From assembly GCA_021813125.1 (NCBI GenBank), contig JAKALT010000005.1, forward strand, positions 107 through 64,106: a stretch of 64,000 nucleotides of DNA, in the 5' to 3' direction. Shown piece by piece: positions 46,281-54,555 of the stretch. Positions within the stretch are counted from its first letter, which is position 1; the number at the start of each line of letters is the position of its first letter. The position numbers were made by a program, and so were the translations under genes. Below the pieces are notes generated by a model, which was given only the letters and a program-made list of their open reading frames with translations, searched no databases and was not told the DNA's origin. This DNA comes from a bacterium (GTDB lineage: Bacteria > Patescibacteriota > Microgenomatia > Curtissbacterales > GWA2-41-24).

Positions 46281-47516
46281 GTGAAGTTATACGAATTTGA
46301 AGGCCACAACCTTTTTTCAAAAGTAGGAATTGCGAGCCCTTTTTTTGTGGCTTGTTCCAATATGGATGAAGTGGAGCAGGCAAGAAAGCGTTTGAAATTC
46401 CCGATAGTTGCCAAGGTTCAGGTGCTTTCCGGCAAGCGCGGAAAAGGCGGGGGGATAAAGATTTGCACAAACGAAAAACAACTAAATGATTTTTGTCGTG
46501 GAATGTTTGGAGCAGAATTTAGTGGGGAAGGGGTACGATTTATATCTCTTGCCGAAAAAGCGCAAATCGAGGGCGAATATTATGCTTCCATAACTTATGA
46601 CACAACTTTGAAAATTCCATTTCTTTTGTTTTCCAAAAGCGGGGGAATGGATATAGAAGAGGTTAAAAAGAATTCACCGGAGGAAATTTTAAGGTTTGAC
46701 ATAAACCCTTTTTCGGGTCCAGACAAAACGAATCTTTCAAAAAAATTAAAAGACGAAACGCTGGCGGATTTCTTAATTAGGCTTTGGGATGCGTTTATAA
46801 GATACGATTGCCGGCTGGTTGAGGTTAATCCTGTCGCAAAGGTTGGAGACGATTATCTGGCTGTTGATGCCAAGATAATTTTGGATGATGCAGGCCTTGC
46901 AAGGCATCGAGATTTGGATGTATTGCAAAAGGGTTCTGCAGGCGCTATTCCGACGGAGCGGGAACTTGCGGCCCGAAAAATCGATGAAGAAGATTATCGC
47001 GGTAGTGCGGGTTCGACATTTATAGAATTCGGCGGGGATATTGCGGTTTTGGCGTCCGGCGGCGGCGCATCACTTCTGGTAATGGATGCCCTGTCTGAAG
47101 CAGGCGGAAAACCTTCTAACTACACCGAATATTCCGGAAATCCGCCGAGAGAAAAAGTAGAGAAGCTTACAAAAATCACATTGTCAAAAGAAGGTCTAAG
47201 CGGCTGTTTGGTTTGCGGGGCTGTTGCAAATTTTACGGATATTTATGAAACGCTGGCGGGTTTTGCCGATGGACTGGCGGAAGTAAAACCGAAACCTGAT
47301 TATCCGATTGTTATTCGTCGCGGTGGGCCAAGGCAAAAGGAAGCTTACGAAATGCTGGAGAAGTTAGCAAAAAAAGAAGGTTTTGATATTCATCTTTTTG
47401 GGCCGGAAACACCGATTTCGGTTGCATGCCGGGAAATGGTTAGGCTTTCTGAGAAATTCAAATCCAGTGAAAAAGGTCAGGCCTTTTTACAAGAAGTATC
47501 AAAGGTTAAGGCCTGA
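46281..47516 (+). CDS. sucC: Succinyl-CoA-synthetase beta-subunit-like ATP-grasp protein (could be citryl-CoA synthetase large subunit); GTG start
   Basis: KLYEFEGHNLFSKVGI...VAKVQVLSGKRGKGGGIKIC matches the SucC N-terminal ATP-grasp; C-terminal CoA-ligase domain; 3' end contains a REP-like element. Confidence 0.7.
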   Translation: MKLYEFEGHNLFSKVGIASPFFVACSNMDEVEQARKRLKFPIVAKVQVLSGKRGKGGGIKICTNEKQLNDFCRGMFGAEFSGEGVRFISLAEKAQIEGEYYASITYDTTLKIPFLLFSKSGGMDIEEVKKNSPEEILRFDINPFSGPDKTNLSKKLKDETLADFLIRLWDAFIRYDCRLVEVNPVAKVGDDYLAVDAKIILDDAGLARHRDLDVLQKGSAGAIPTERELAARKIDEEDYRGSAGSTFIEFGGDIAVLASGGGASLLVMDALSEAGGKPSNYTEYSGNPPREKVEKLTKITLSKEGLSGCLVCGAVANFTDIYETLAGFADGLAEVKPKPDYPIVIRRGGPRQKEAYEMLEKLAKKEGFDIHLFGPETPISVACREMVRLSEKFKSSEKGQAFLQEVSKVKA

Positions 47517-47520
47517 CCTT
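47471..47520 (+). repeat. REP-like palindromic element embedded in the last codons of the sucC-like gene
   Basis: aaaaggtcaggcc-tttttacaagaagtatcaaagg-ttaaggcctgacctt; encodes ...EKGQAFLQEVSKVKA*. Confidence 0.6.
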
Positions 47521-47532
47521 AACAAAAGAATT

Positions 47533-48426
47533 ATGGCTATCTTAGTTAATTCAGAAACTAAAGTTTTGATTCAAGGTATTACCGGAAAGTCGGGTTTGTC
47601 GGCGTGTGCTGATCTTTTAGACTACGGAATGCAAGTTGTCGGCGGTGTAACGCCGGGCAAAGGCGGACAAGTTGCAATGGGGCTGCCGGTTTTCAATTCG
47701 GTTCGCGAATTAGTTGCGGCACTTGGGCTGGTAGATTGTGCAATGGTCAATGTGCCGCCACTTTTAACTTTAGATGCGGCAATGGAAGCAATAGATGCGC
47801 AAATTCCCTTAATCCATATTTTTGCAGAAAGGGTTCCGGTACTGGATACTTCTAAAATATTATTTCGTGCAAAAGAAAAAGGTGTTCGGGTTTTGGGGCC
47901 GAATTCGGTTGGAGCGATTTCGCCGGGCGAAGGGAAGGTTGGCTCAATCGGCGGGCCGAATGCCAAGATAACTTTTAGTAAAGGCCCGGTTGGGGTCATT
48001 TCCAAGTCCGGCGGTATGTGTTCGGAGTTGGGTTCCATGATTACCAATGCCGGTTTTGGACAGTCGACAGTTGTGGGTATTGGCGGCGATTTGCTTGTCG
48101 GGACAACGTTTGTAGACGCTTTGGAAATGTTTGAAAGTGATACTCAAACAAAAGTTGTTGTGATGTTTGGGGAAGTAGGAGGTAATGCGGAAATTGAAGC
48201 GGCGAGATTAGTTGCGGTAAAGAAATTTACGAAACCTTTGATAATATTTCTGGCAGGGAAGTTTGCGGAAAAGTTGCCGAAAGACACGGCACTAGGGCAT
48301 GCAGGAGCAATTGTCGGACTTGATTCGACGATGGAGCAAAAAGTTGCATCAATCAAAAAATCCGGAGCAATACTGGCCGAAAATTTTGAAGATATTCCGG
48401 GAATCTTAAAGAAAGTGATTAAGTAG
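47533..48426 (+). CDS. sucD: Succinyl-CoA-synthetase alpha-subunit-like CoA-binding protein
   Basis: MAILVNSETKVLIQGITGKSG...VVGGVTPGKGG...GLPVFNSVREL...VLGPNSVGAISPGEGKVG. Confidence 0.85.
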   Translation: MAILVNSETKVLIQGITGKSGLSACADLLDYGMQVVGGVTPGKGGQVAMGLPVFNSVRELVAALGLVDCAMVNVPPLLTLDAAMEAIDAQIPLIHIFAERVPVLDTSKILFRAKEKGVRVLGPNSVGAISPGEGKVGSIGGPNAKITFSKGPVGVISKSGGMCSELGSMITNAGFGQSTVVGIGGDLLVGTTFVDALEMFESDTQTKVVVMFGEVGGNAEIEAARLVAVKKFTKPLIIFLAGKFAEKLPKDTALGHAGAIVGLDSTMEQKVASIKKSGAILAENFEDIPGILKKVIK

Positions 48427-48838
48427 TTGCAGATCGAATAAATTTCTTATAAATATCTGGAATATCCAAATTAAGTATTTCCTCAGGGGTTAACCATTTA
48501 AATGCAATATGCTCACTACTCAACTTAACGTTACTAGTAATGGCCATTGCACTAAATCCTATCATTACTGTAAAACAACCATCTTCTTCTTTAAATGAAG
48601 TTATATCTATTGGTCTGACATCAGTTACCTCAAGATCAGTTTCTTCTTTAATCTCTCTTTTTATTCCTTCAGTTGGATCTTCATACTTGTCTAGTCCTCC
48701 TCCGACCAAATCCCATCCCATAGGCCGGCTGTAATCTTCTTTAAGCCTTTGAAGGACTAAAATTTTCCCATTATTATTAAATGCCACAGCTTTTAGGGAT
48801 ATTGCGACTTTTGAGGAATGCCACTCCTTAATTTTCAT
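48419..48838 (-). CDS. NUDIX hydrolase
   Basis: Nudix box GGGLDKYEDPTEGIKREIKEETDL. Confidence 0.8.
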   Translation of the reverse strand: MKIKEWHSSKVAISLKAVAFNNNGKILVLQRLKEDYSRPMGWDLVGGGLDKYEDPTEGIKREIKEETDLEVTDVRPIDITSFKEEDGCFTVMIGFSAMAITSNVKLSSEHIAFKWLTPEEILNLDIPDIYKKFIRSATT

Positions 48839-48968
48839 AGAAAAAGTATATCAGAAGTTTATTGGCTTTGTTTGCGGAAATCGCCAACACTAATAGGGGT
48901 CAGACTCCTAAAATTTTTAAGGTTGGACAATATAAGTGCTTAAGATATAATAAATTAGCTAATTTGCT

Positions 48969-49703
48969 ATGGCAAAATATAAAACATCGATTTCCACCCA
49001 TCACAACGGCAAGCCGTATGTGTATGGATACGATTTGACCAAACTTGCCGAGTCACCTTCATTTACGCGCACAATTTATTTAATTTTAATGGGCAAAATG
49101 CCGGACAAAAATGCCGAGCGGATGCTGGATGCGATTTTTACCATTGCAATAGACCATGGAGTAGAGCCATCTTCTGTGGTTGCCGCCAGAAATGTTTATT
49201 CGGCCGGGTCACCTGTTCAGGCGGCTGTTGCTGCCGGAGTTTTGGCGTTTGGCGAATTCCATGGTGGAGCAATAGAGCAAACGATGGAGAATTTTAAAAA
49301 GTGGCAAAGCGTTGGTGCAGCCGAAATGGTTGCGGATTTTGCAAAGCGGGGAGAGAGGGTAAGCGGTTTTGGCCACAGGCTTTATACTGTTGACCCAAGG
49401 ACCCAAAAGCTTTTGGAAATTGCCAAAAAGCTCGGGTTCTACGGAAAATATGTAAAGTTTGCACTGGAGGTAGAAGCGGAGGTTTCCAAAGGAGCGAAGA
49501 AACTACCGCTCAACATTGACGGGATTTTCGGGGCACTGCTTCTTGAGATGGGATTTAATCCCAAAGTAGGAAAGGGAATATTTATAATTGCAAGAACTCC
49601 GGGAATCGTTGCCCATGTGGTTGAAGAAGCTTTGCGGGAAAAGCCGGTAAGACGTCTTGATGAGTCGGAAGTAGAATACGACGGACCGAGGGTTAGGGAG
49701 TAA
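48969..49703 (+). CDS. Short citrate-synthase-like protein (citryl-CoA-lyase-like)
   Basis: 244 aa with the citrate-synthase signature GFGHRLYTVDPR and helix block AIDHGVEPSSVVAARNVYSAGS. Confidence 0.6.
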   Translation: MAKYKTSISTHHNGKPYVYGYDLTKLAESPSFTRTIYLILMGKMPDKNAERMLDAIFTIAIDHGVEPSSVVAARNVYSAGSPVQAAVAAGVLAFGEFHGGAIEQTMENFKKWQSVGAAEMVADFAKRGERVSGFGHRLYTVDPRTQKLLEIAKKLGFYGKYVKFALEVEAEVSKGAKKLPLNIDGIFGALLLEMGFNPKVGKGIFIIARTPGIVAHVVEEALREKPVRRLDESEVEYDGPRVRE

Positions 49704-49706
49704 TTC

Positions 49707-50333
49707 ATGATAATTTTTGGTATAGATCCTGGAACTGCAACTACAGGCTATGGGGTTATTGATACCCTTGTCACAACTTCAAATAAACAATTTCAATTAA
49801 TCGAATACGGTTGTATTGTTACTCCCAAAGAGCAAGAGATGCCTATGAGGCTTTTGAGTATTCAGAACGATCTACATAGGCTATTAAAACAGCATAAACC
49901 CGATTGTGTATCTATTGAGCAATTATTCTTTGGAGTAAACTCCCGGACCGCAATGACGGTAGGGCAGGCAAGAGGTGTAGTGCTCTCGACGGTAGCATCC
50001 TATAGGATACCAATATTTGAATATCAAGGACTCCATGTAAAGCATACGATAACAGGGTCGGGGAAGTCTGATAAAAAAGAAATCCAGAAATATGTGATGA
50101 GGTATTTAGGAAAAAGGAAACTGGAAAAACCAAAGGTCGGGTATATAGATGATGCTGCAGATGCATTGGCGGTTGCGATTTGCCATTATATAAAGGTATC
50201 AAATGTATCAGATGTAGAAAACGTTTCGATAAATCGAAATACAAAAGTATCGAATGTATCAAAAGTTACAAAGGTGTCCAATATAAAAAAGGGGGCAAAA
50301 GTGTCAAAGGCAAAGAAAAAGGGCAGGCCTTAA
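49707..50333 (+). CDS. ruvC: Holliday-junction resolvase RuvC with Lys/Val/Ser-rich C-terminal tail
   Basis: MIIFGIDPGTATTGYGVID, IEQLFFGVN, DAADALAVAICH; tail KVSNVSDVENVSINRNTKVSNVSKVTKVSNIKKGAKVSKAKKKGRP. Confidence 0.9.
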   Translation: MIIFGIDPGTATTGYGVIDTLVTTSNKQFQLIEYGCIVTPKEQEMPMRLLSIQNDLHRLLKQHKPDCVSIEQLFFGVNSRTAMTVGQARGVVLSTVASYRIPIFEYQGLHVKHTITGSGKSDKKEIQKYVMRYLGKRKLEKPKVGYIDDAADALAVAICHYIKVSNVSDVENVSINRNTKVSNVSKVTKVSNIKKGAKVSKAKKKGRP

Positions 50334-50368
50334 CGTAAAGGTTTTGCTTGTCCAAAGGCCTGCCTTTA
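50320..50368 (+). repeat. Variant REP-like palindrome straddling the ruvC stop and the next gene's start
   Basis: aagggcaggcctt-aacgtaaaggttttgcttgtcc-aaaggcctgccttt. Confidence 0.5.
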
Positions 50369-51228
50369 TGCAGGCGTATATCAAATGGTGTAGGGAAGTG
50401 AAGCTAAATATATTTCCAAACCCGATTAAATCGGTTTCAAAGATAACAAAATACGAAATAACCAAGCGGCAAAGGTTTATTCTGATGTCGTTTTTTTTGA
50501 CCGCGATTTTAATTGCAGCCCAAACGGTTTCGGAATCTGTGCGCTACCAGGTAATGGTCTTTTTGGCATTTGCCACAACGCTTCTTGCGGTTTTTGCCCT
50601 TTGGGGTGAACTCTCCGGCTTAAAATATTTCCTGCTTCTATTGCTGCCTGTTTATTTCGTGACAGGTGCGACGCTTTTTTACTTTTTACTGCCTGTTCGA
50701 TGGATAACACGTTTACCGTTTGCTTTAGCATTTGGAATTTCGGTTTATCTTTTAATGCTGACTTCCAATATCTATAATGTGGCGGCAATACGAACGATTG
50801 CGCTACTTCGGGCAGCGCATGCGGTTGGACACCTTTTTTCGCTTGTCGCTACCTTTTTTTTGTTGAATGTTTTATTTTCGCTCCATCTTTCGATATTTTT
50901 GACAGTTGCGGGGGTCGTTGCGGTTTGCGGACCGATATATCTTGTTAACTTATGGTCGTTTGGGCTTGAGGATTATATTACCCAGAAGGTTTTTGGGCAC
51001 ACTGTTGTTTTTACCCTTGTGACGGCGCAAGTTGCTTCTGTTTTTGCTTTTTGGCCCTTGGCACCTATCAACGCTTCGCTTGTGGTAATTACAGCCATGT
51101 ATGTACTTTTGGGGCTAGGGCAGTTTGTGTTTCACGAAAAGTTAAAGCCCAGAATAGTTTGGGAACATTTGTCTGTAGCTCTCGTCGTGGCTGTGATTAT
51201 TATGATCTCTTCAAGGTGGGGTGGATAA
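50344..51228 (+). CDS. Hypothetical polytopic membrane protein
   Basis: 294 aa, ~8 TM helices. Confidence 0.45.
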   Translation: MLVQRPAFMQAYIKWCREVKLNIFPNPIKSVSKITKYEITKRQRFILMSFFLTAILIAAQTVSESVRYQVMVFLAFATTLLAVFALWGELSGLKYFLLLLLPVYFVTGATLFYFLLPVRWITRLPFALAFGISVYLLMLTSNIYNVAAIRTIALLRAAHAVGHLFSLVATFFLLNVLFSLHLSIFLTVAGVVAVCGPIYLVNLWSFGLEDYITQKVFGHTVVFTLVTAQVASVFAFWPLAPINASLVVITAMYVLLGLGQFVFHEKLKPRIVWEHLSVALVVAVIIMISSRWGG

Positions 51229-51232
51229 TATT

Positions 51233-51301
51233 AAGTGATAAGTGATAAGTGATAAGTGATAAGTGATAAGTGATAAGTGATAAGTGATAAGTGATAAGTG
51301 A
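51233..51301. repeat. Heptanucleotide microsatellite (GTGATAA)x~9.5
   Basis: ttaagtgataagtgataagtgataag...gtgagg; a degenerate partial copy (gataagtgataagtaaaaagtgataag) lies at 51691..51718. Confidence 0.9.
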
Positions 51302-52102
51302 GGCCTATAGTATCTATAAGGGAAGAGGTAAATTTTAGTCTTTTTTCTTCTAAAATGGAAAAACTCCCAGCCACAAATTAGCTTCAAATATTTTTCAAGA
51401 AAAAGTGGGGATAGAAGAGATGGGGAAGAGGAATGGGTGATATAGTGTGATATAGTTATAGTTTTGCGAAATCGTGAAAAAGGGTAACGTGAAAATTACA
51501 GAACTATGTAAATTCCCGCATTTAAACATAAATAAATATGTATGGATGCACTGGAAGGACAGAGGACTATAAGGCTTCTACTCTACGTAAGAAAGTCTTA
51601 CATTTCTCATTGGCATGCCGACAAGTTAATTGCTAAAAGGTTAAAAAGTGCCGTTTTAGGCTTTTTTGGGGAAGGGCCATTTTTGAAGCGATAAGTGATA
51701 AGTAAAAAGTGATAAGTTATTTTATTCTTTTATAATTTTCCTCCCTATATTCCCCATGGTGGGGGCCAATTTCCTATTAGCTACTGCGTCGCACAATGAT
51801 ACTTTTGCGACGCGAGGTGAAGCTGAGAGAGGGGGTCGAGTTTATCAACGTTTCGAATATTTGCTGAGTTTCTTATTTTTAACTTTTTGTAATTTCTCTG
51901 CTTTTTCATTTTTCCCCGTTTTTTCATCGCAGATCAATTTCGATCCACTTATCCCCTTTTGATTATAAATAGTTCTTTTTAGGGTTAGATTGATTAGAAT
52001 TGATCCACAAGCAGTAGCCCATTTATCATCTATGTTTATAAAAAGCCGTTTTAGGGGCTATCAGCGGCTCGGCGTGGCTAAAATGTGGCTAAATATAGGT
52101 AA

Positions 52103-52528
52103 TTAGGCAGCAATTTCAGCTATCGGCACGAAAGTTACAGCAGGTTTTTTATTAAGGTAATCTTTAAGGCTTGTAAATATACTTACAGTTGTTCGTCTGC
52201 GGTTTGGTAAATTGTTTTGGCAAAAAGCTACTGTTGATTCGATTAAAGTGTCATCAGTTATGGTGTCGGTATCAACTTTAATTTCTAAAAGCAATGTTGG
52301 CGTATGTCCGGCACCGAATTCGGTTTGGGCAAAAGCAGTTGTAAGATGCGTAAATTTGTGACGGCCTTCTGCGATTTTTATCGATGCATAATTTGGGCCT
52401 TTTAACATATAAACCAGGTCCAAGCGCTTTCTTTTTTTAGCCCTTGCTACTGCCTGATCAGCATTTTGCAAAACCGCCTTGTCTTCTTCGTCCACGTTTA
52501 AAAGTTGATCGCCAACTGTTTCTTTCAT
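52103..52528 (-). CDS. Hypothetical protein (141 aa)
   Basis: ORF only; no confident motif. Confidence 0.35.
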   Translation of the reverse strand: MKETVGDQLLNVDEEDKAVLQNADQAVARAKKRKRLDLVYMLKGPNYASIKIAEGRHKFTHLTTAFAQTEFGAGHTPTLLLEIKVDTDTITDDTLIESTVAFCQNNLPNRRRTTVSIFTSLKDYLNKKPAVTFVPIAEIAA

Positions 52529-52612
52529 AAGCTATGATTTTACCACAAAATAGGGACTATTACTATAGGTTAATGAAGATAGAGGGCTAGGAGATTGGCT
52601 CTTAGATGTTGC

Positions 52613-53332
52613 TCAGGATATTAGGGTTCCAATTTTTTCGCCTGAGACGGCTTTATGGATATTATCCTCTTTGTCTAAATTGAAAACGATTATTGGTATT
52701 TTGTGGTCCTTGCAAAGAGAAAGCGCGCTGTTGTCCAGAACCTGGATGTCGTCGCTTGATAAGGCTTGGGAAAAAGTTAAGTGGTCGAATTTTTTGGCTC
52801 CCTCGTGCTTTTTTGGGTCTTTCTCGTAAACGCCGTCAACTTTTGTTGCTTTCAGGATAACATCGCAGCTGGTTTCAAGGGCTCTTAGGGCTGCGGTTGT
52901 ATCGGTTGTAAAGTAGGGGTTGCCGGTGCCGCCCGCGAAAATGACAACTCTTCCCTTTTCCAGGTGGCGGATGGCGCGGCGTCTTATATAAGGTTCGCAG
53001 ACATCTTTTATTTCGATTGCCGAAAGAACCCGGGCCGGCTGACCCTCTTTTTCCAAAGCGGCTTGCAGGGCCAGAGAGTTCATGATGGTTGCCAGCATGC
53101 CGATGTAGTCGCCAACTGTTCTTTCCAGACCGTTTTCTTCTGCCGAAGTGCCGCGGAAAATGTTCCCGCCGCCGACAACTGCTGCGATCTGGGTACCGTC
53201 TTTTTGAGCCTTTATTATTTCTTTAGCAAGCCAGGTTGTGAATTTGGGGTCAATTCCGAATTCGCGGCTTCCCAGAAACATTTCTCCGGAAAGTTTTAGA
53301 AGGACGCGTTTGTATTTTGGCGTGTCTGCCAT
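52613..53332 (-). CDS. pyrH: UMP kinase
   Basis: YKRVLLKLSGEMF, AAVVGGGNIFRG, FAGGTGNPYFTTDTTAALRA. Confidence 0.9.
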   Translation of the reverse strand: MADTPKYKRVLLKLSGEMFLGSREFGIDPKFTTWLAKEIIKAQKDGTQIAAVVGGGNIFRGTSAEENGLERTVGDYIGMLATIMNSLALQAALEKEGQPARVLSAIEIKDVCEPYIRRRAIRHLEKGRVVIFAGGTGNPYFTTDTTAALRALETSCDVILKATKVDGVYEKDPKKHEGAKKFDHLTFSQALSSDDIQVLDNSALSLCKDHKIPIIVFNLDKEDNIHKAVSGEKIGTLIS

Positions 53333-53477
53333 TGAGTTTTATTATAACAGGTTTTACTCTGAAGAGTCAAATTACTATAAGATATATTTTAGGTTGATTA
53401 GCTTTTACGTCGCACAATTTTGATACTGACTTCCCTACTATTTGATTTCGAATTTGTAGACGTCGTACAATATAGTT

Positions 53478-54407
53478 ATGGATCTGCCTGCCCTGGTTGG
53501 CGAATTTTTAGAATATTGCGAAATTGAACGAAACCTTTCCCCTCTTACGATACGCGATTACCGGCATTATTTGGAATTTTTTTGTGAATGGTCTAAAGCT
53601 AACTCCCCTATTTTGAGACCTCAGGATTTAACTTTGGAGGTTGTACGCAAATATCGTGTTTATTTAGCCCATTACAACAGTCCAAACGGTAATTTACCCA
53701 TTAAAAAGGTAACGCAGAATTATTATGTTATTGCACTAAGATCTTTTCTGCGGTATTTGGTCAAAAAAGATTTGAAAGTAGTAACGCCTGACAAAATAGA
53801 GCTTCCAAAAACGGAATCGAGGTCCCTTAAGTTTTTGGACCGTGACCAGTTGGACAGGCTTTTGGGGCAACCGGATGTCTCAAAAGAACGAGGGTTGCGG
53901 GATAAAGCTTTAATGGAGATGTTGTTTTCGACAGGGCTTAGGGTTTCGGAGCTGTGCAGGCTTAACCGAGATCAGGTAAATTTGGAAAGGCGCGAGTTTG
54001 GGGTAATAGGTAAAGGGGGCAGGGCGCGGGTAGTTTTTCTTTCGGACAGAGCCTGTTTGTGGCTTGAGCGTTATCTTTCCAAAAGAAGCGATTCTTTTGG
54101 GCCGCTTTTTATCCGCTATTCGGGGAATATGGATCCGACTGTGAATGGAGAAAAAATGAGGCTAACTCCCCGGTCCGTGCAGCGGCTGGTTGATAAGTAT
54201 GTGCGGAAAGCTCGTTTGCCCGTCAAGGCTTCCCCGCATGTTTTGCGGCATTCGTTTGCAACAGACCTTTTGATGAACGGTGCCGATTTGAGATCGGTTC
54301 AGGAACTTTTGGGGCACAAAAACGTGGCTACAACGCAAATTTATACCCACGTTACCAACGCGCAGCTTAAGGACGTCCATAAGTCGTTTCATAGCGGGAA
54401 CAAATAA
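53478..54407 (+). CDS. XerC/XerD-family tyrosine site-specific recombinase
   Basis: RDKALMEMLFSTGLRVSELCRL, HVLRHSFATDLLMNGADLRSVQELLGHKNVATTQIYTHV (R-H-R-Y catalytic set). Confidence 0.9.
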   Translation: MDLPALVGEFLEYCEIERNLSPLTIRDYRHYLEFFCEWSKANSPILRPQDLTLEVVRKYRVYLAHYNSPNGNLPIKKVTQNYYVIALRSFLRYLVKKDLKVVTPDKIELPKTESRSLKFLDRDQLDRLLGQPDVSKERGLRDKALMEMLFSTGLRVSELCRLNRDQVNLERREFGVIGKGGRARVVFLSDRACLWLERYLSKRSDSFGPLFIRYSGNMDPTVNGEKMRLTPRSVQRLVDKYVRKARLPVKASPHVLRHSFATDLLMNGADLRSVQELLGHKNVATTQIYTHVTNAQLKDVHKSFHSGNK

Positions 54408-54416
54408 TGAATTATG

Positions 54417-54436
54417 CCTGCCTGCCGGCAGGCAGG
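54417..54436. repeat. Perfect 20-bp palindrome cctgcctgccggcaggcagg, 10 bp after the recombinase stop
   Basis: Self-complementary; flanked by three copies of aattatg. Confidence 0.6.
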
Positions 54437-54475
54437 AATTATGATTTATGAATTATGGATTGTGGTAGCCAAGGG

Positions 54476-54525
54476 TTAAGGTCAGGCCTTTGTCTCGATT
54501 CGCCCAAGTTAAGGCCTGACCTTTT
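54476..54525 (+). repeat. REP-like palindromic element
   Basis: ttaaggtcaggcc-tttgtctcgattcgcccaag-ttaaggcctgacctttt. Confidence 0.6.
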
Positions 54526-54555
54526 GCGGAGTCACAGTTTTACTTTTCTGGGTCT

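Noticed and set aside
51233-51301. Possible CRISPR array
   Set aside because: The repeat unit is only 7 bp and perfectly tandem with no spacers. It is a microsatellite, not a CRISPR, and there are no cas genes in the window.
51229-52102. Calling the long non-coding region oriC
   Set aside because: The DnaA-box-like words are all imperfect. No dnaA, dnaN or gidA is nearby, and skew cannot be computed from one window. I kept it only as a low-confidence possibility inside the finding.
51229-52102. Housekeeping ncRNA (RNase P RNA, tmRNA, SRP RNA) hidden in the gap
   Set aside because: Conserved cores (GGAAAGTCCGG for RNase P; GGTTCGAnTCC...CCA tRNA-like end with a tag ORF for tmRNA; GGTGCTGTTT for SRP) are not present on either strand.
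54400-54460. A dif-like site downstream of the XerC/D-like gene
   Set aside because: The 20-bp perfect palindrome and the aattatg triplets do not resemble the XerC/XerD dif architecture, which is two 11-bp arms around a 6-bp spacer with ATAA...TTAT. I recorded them only as repeats.
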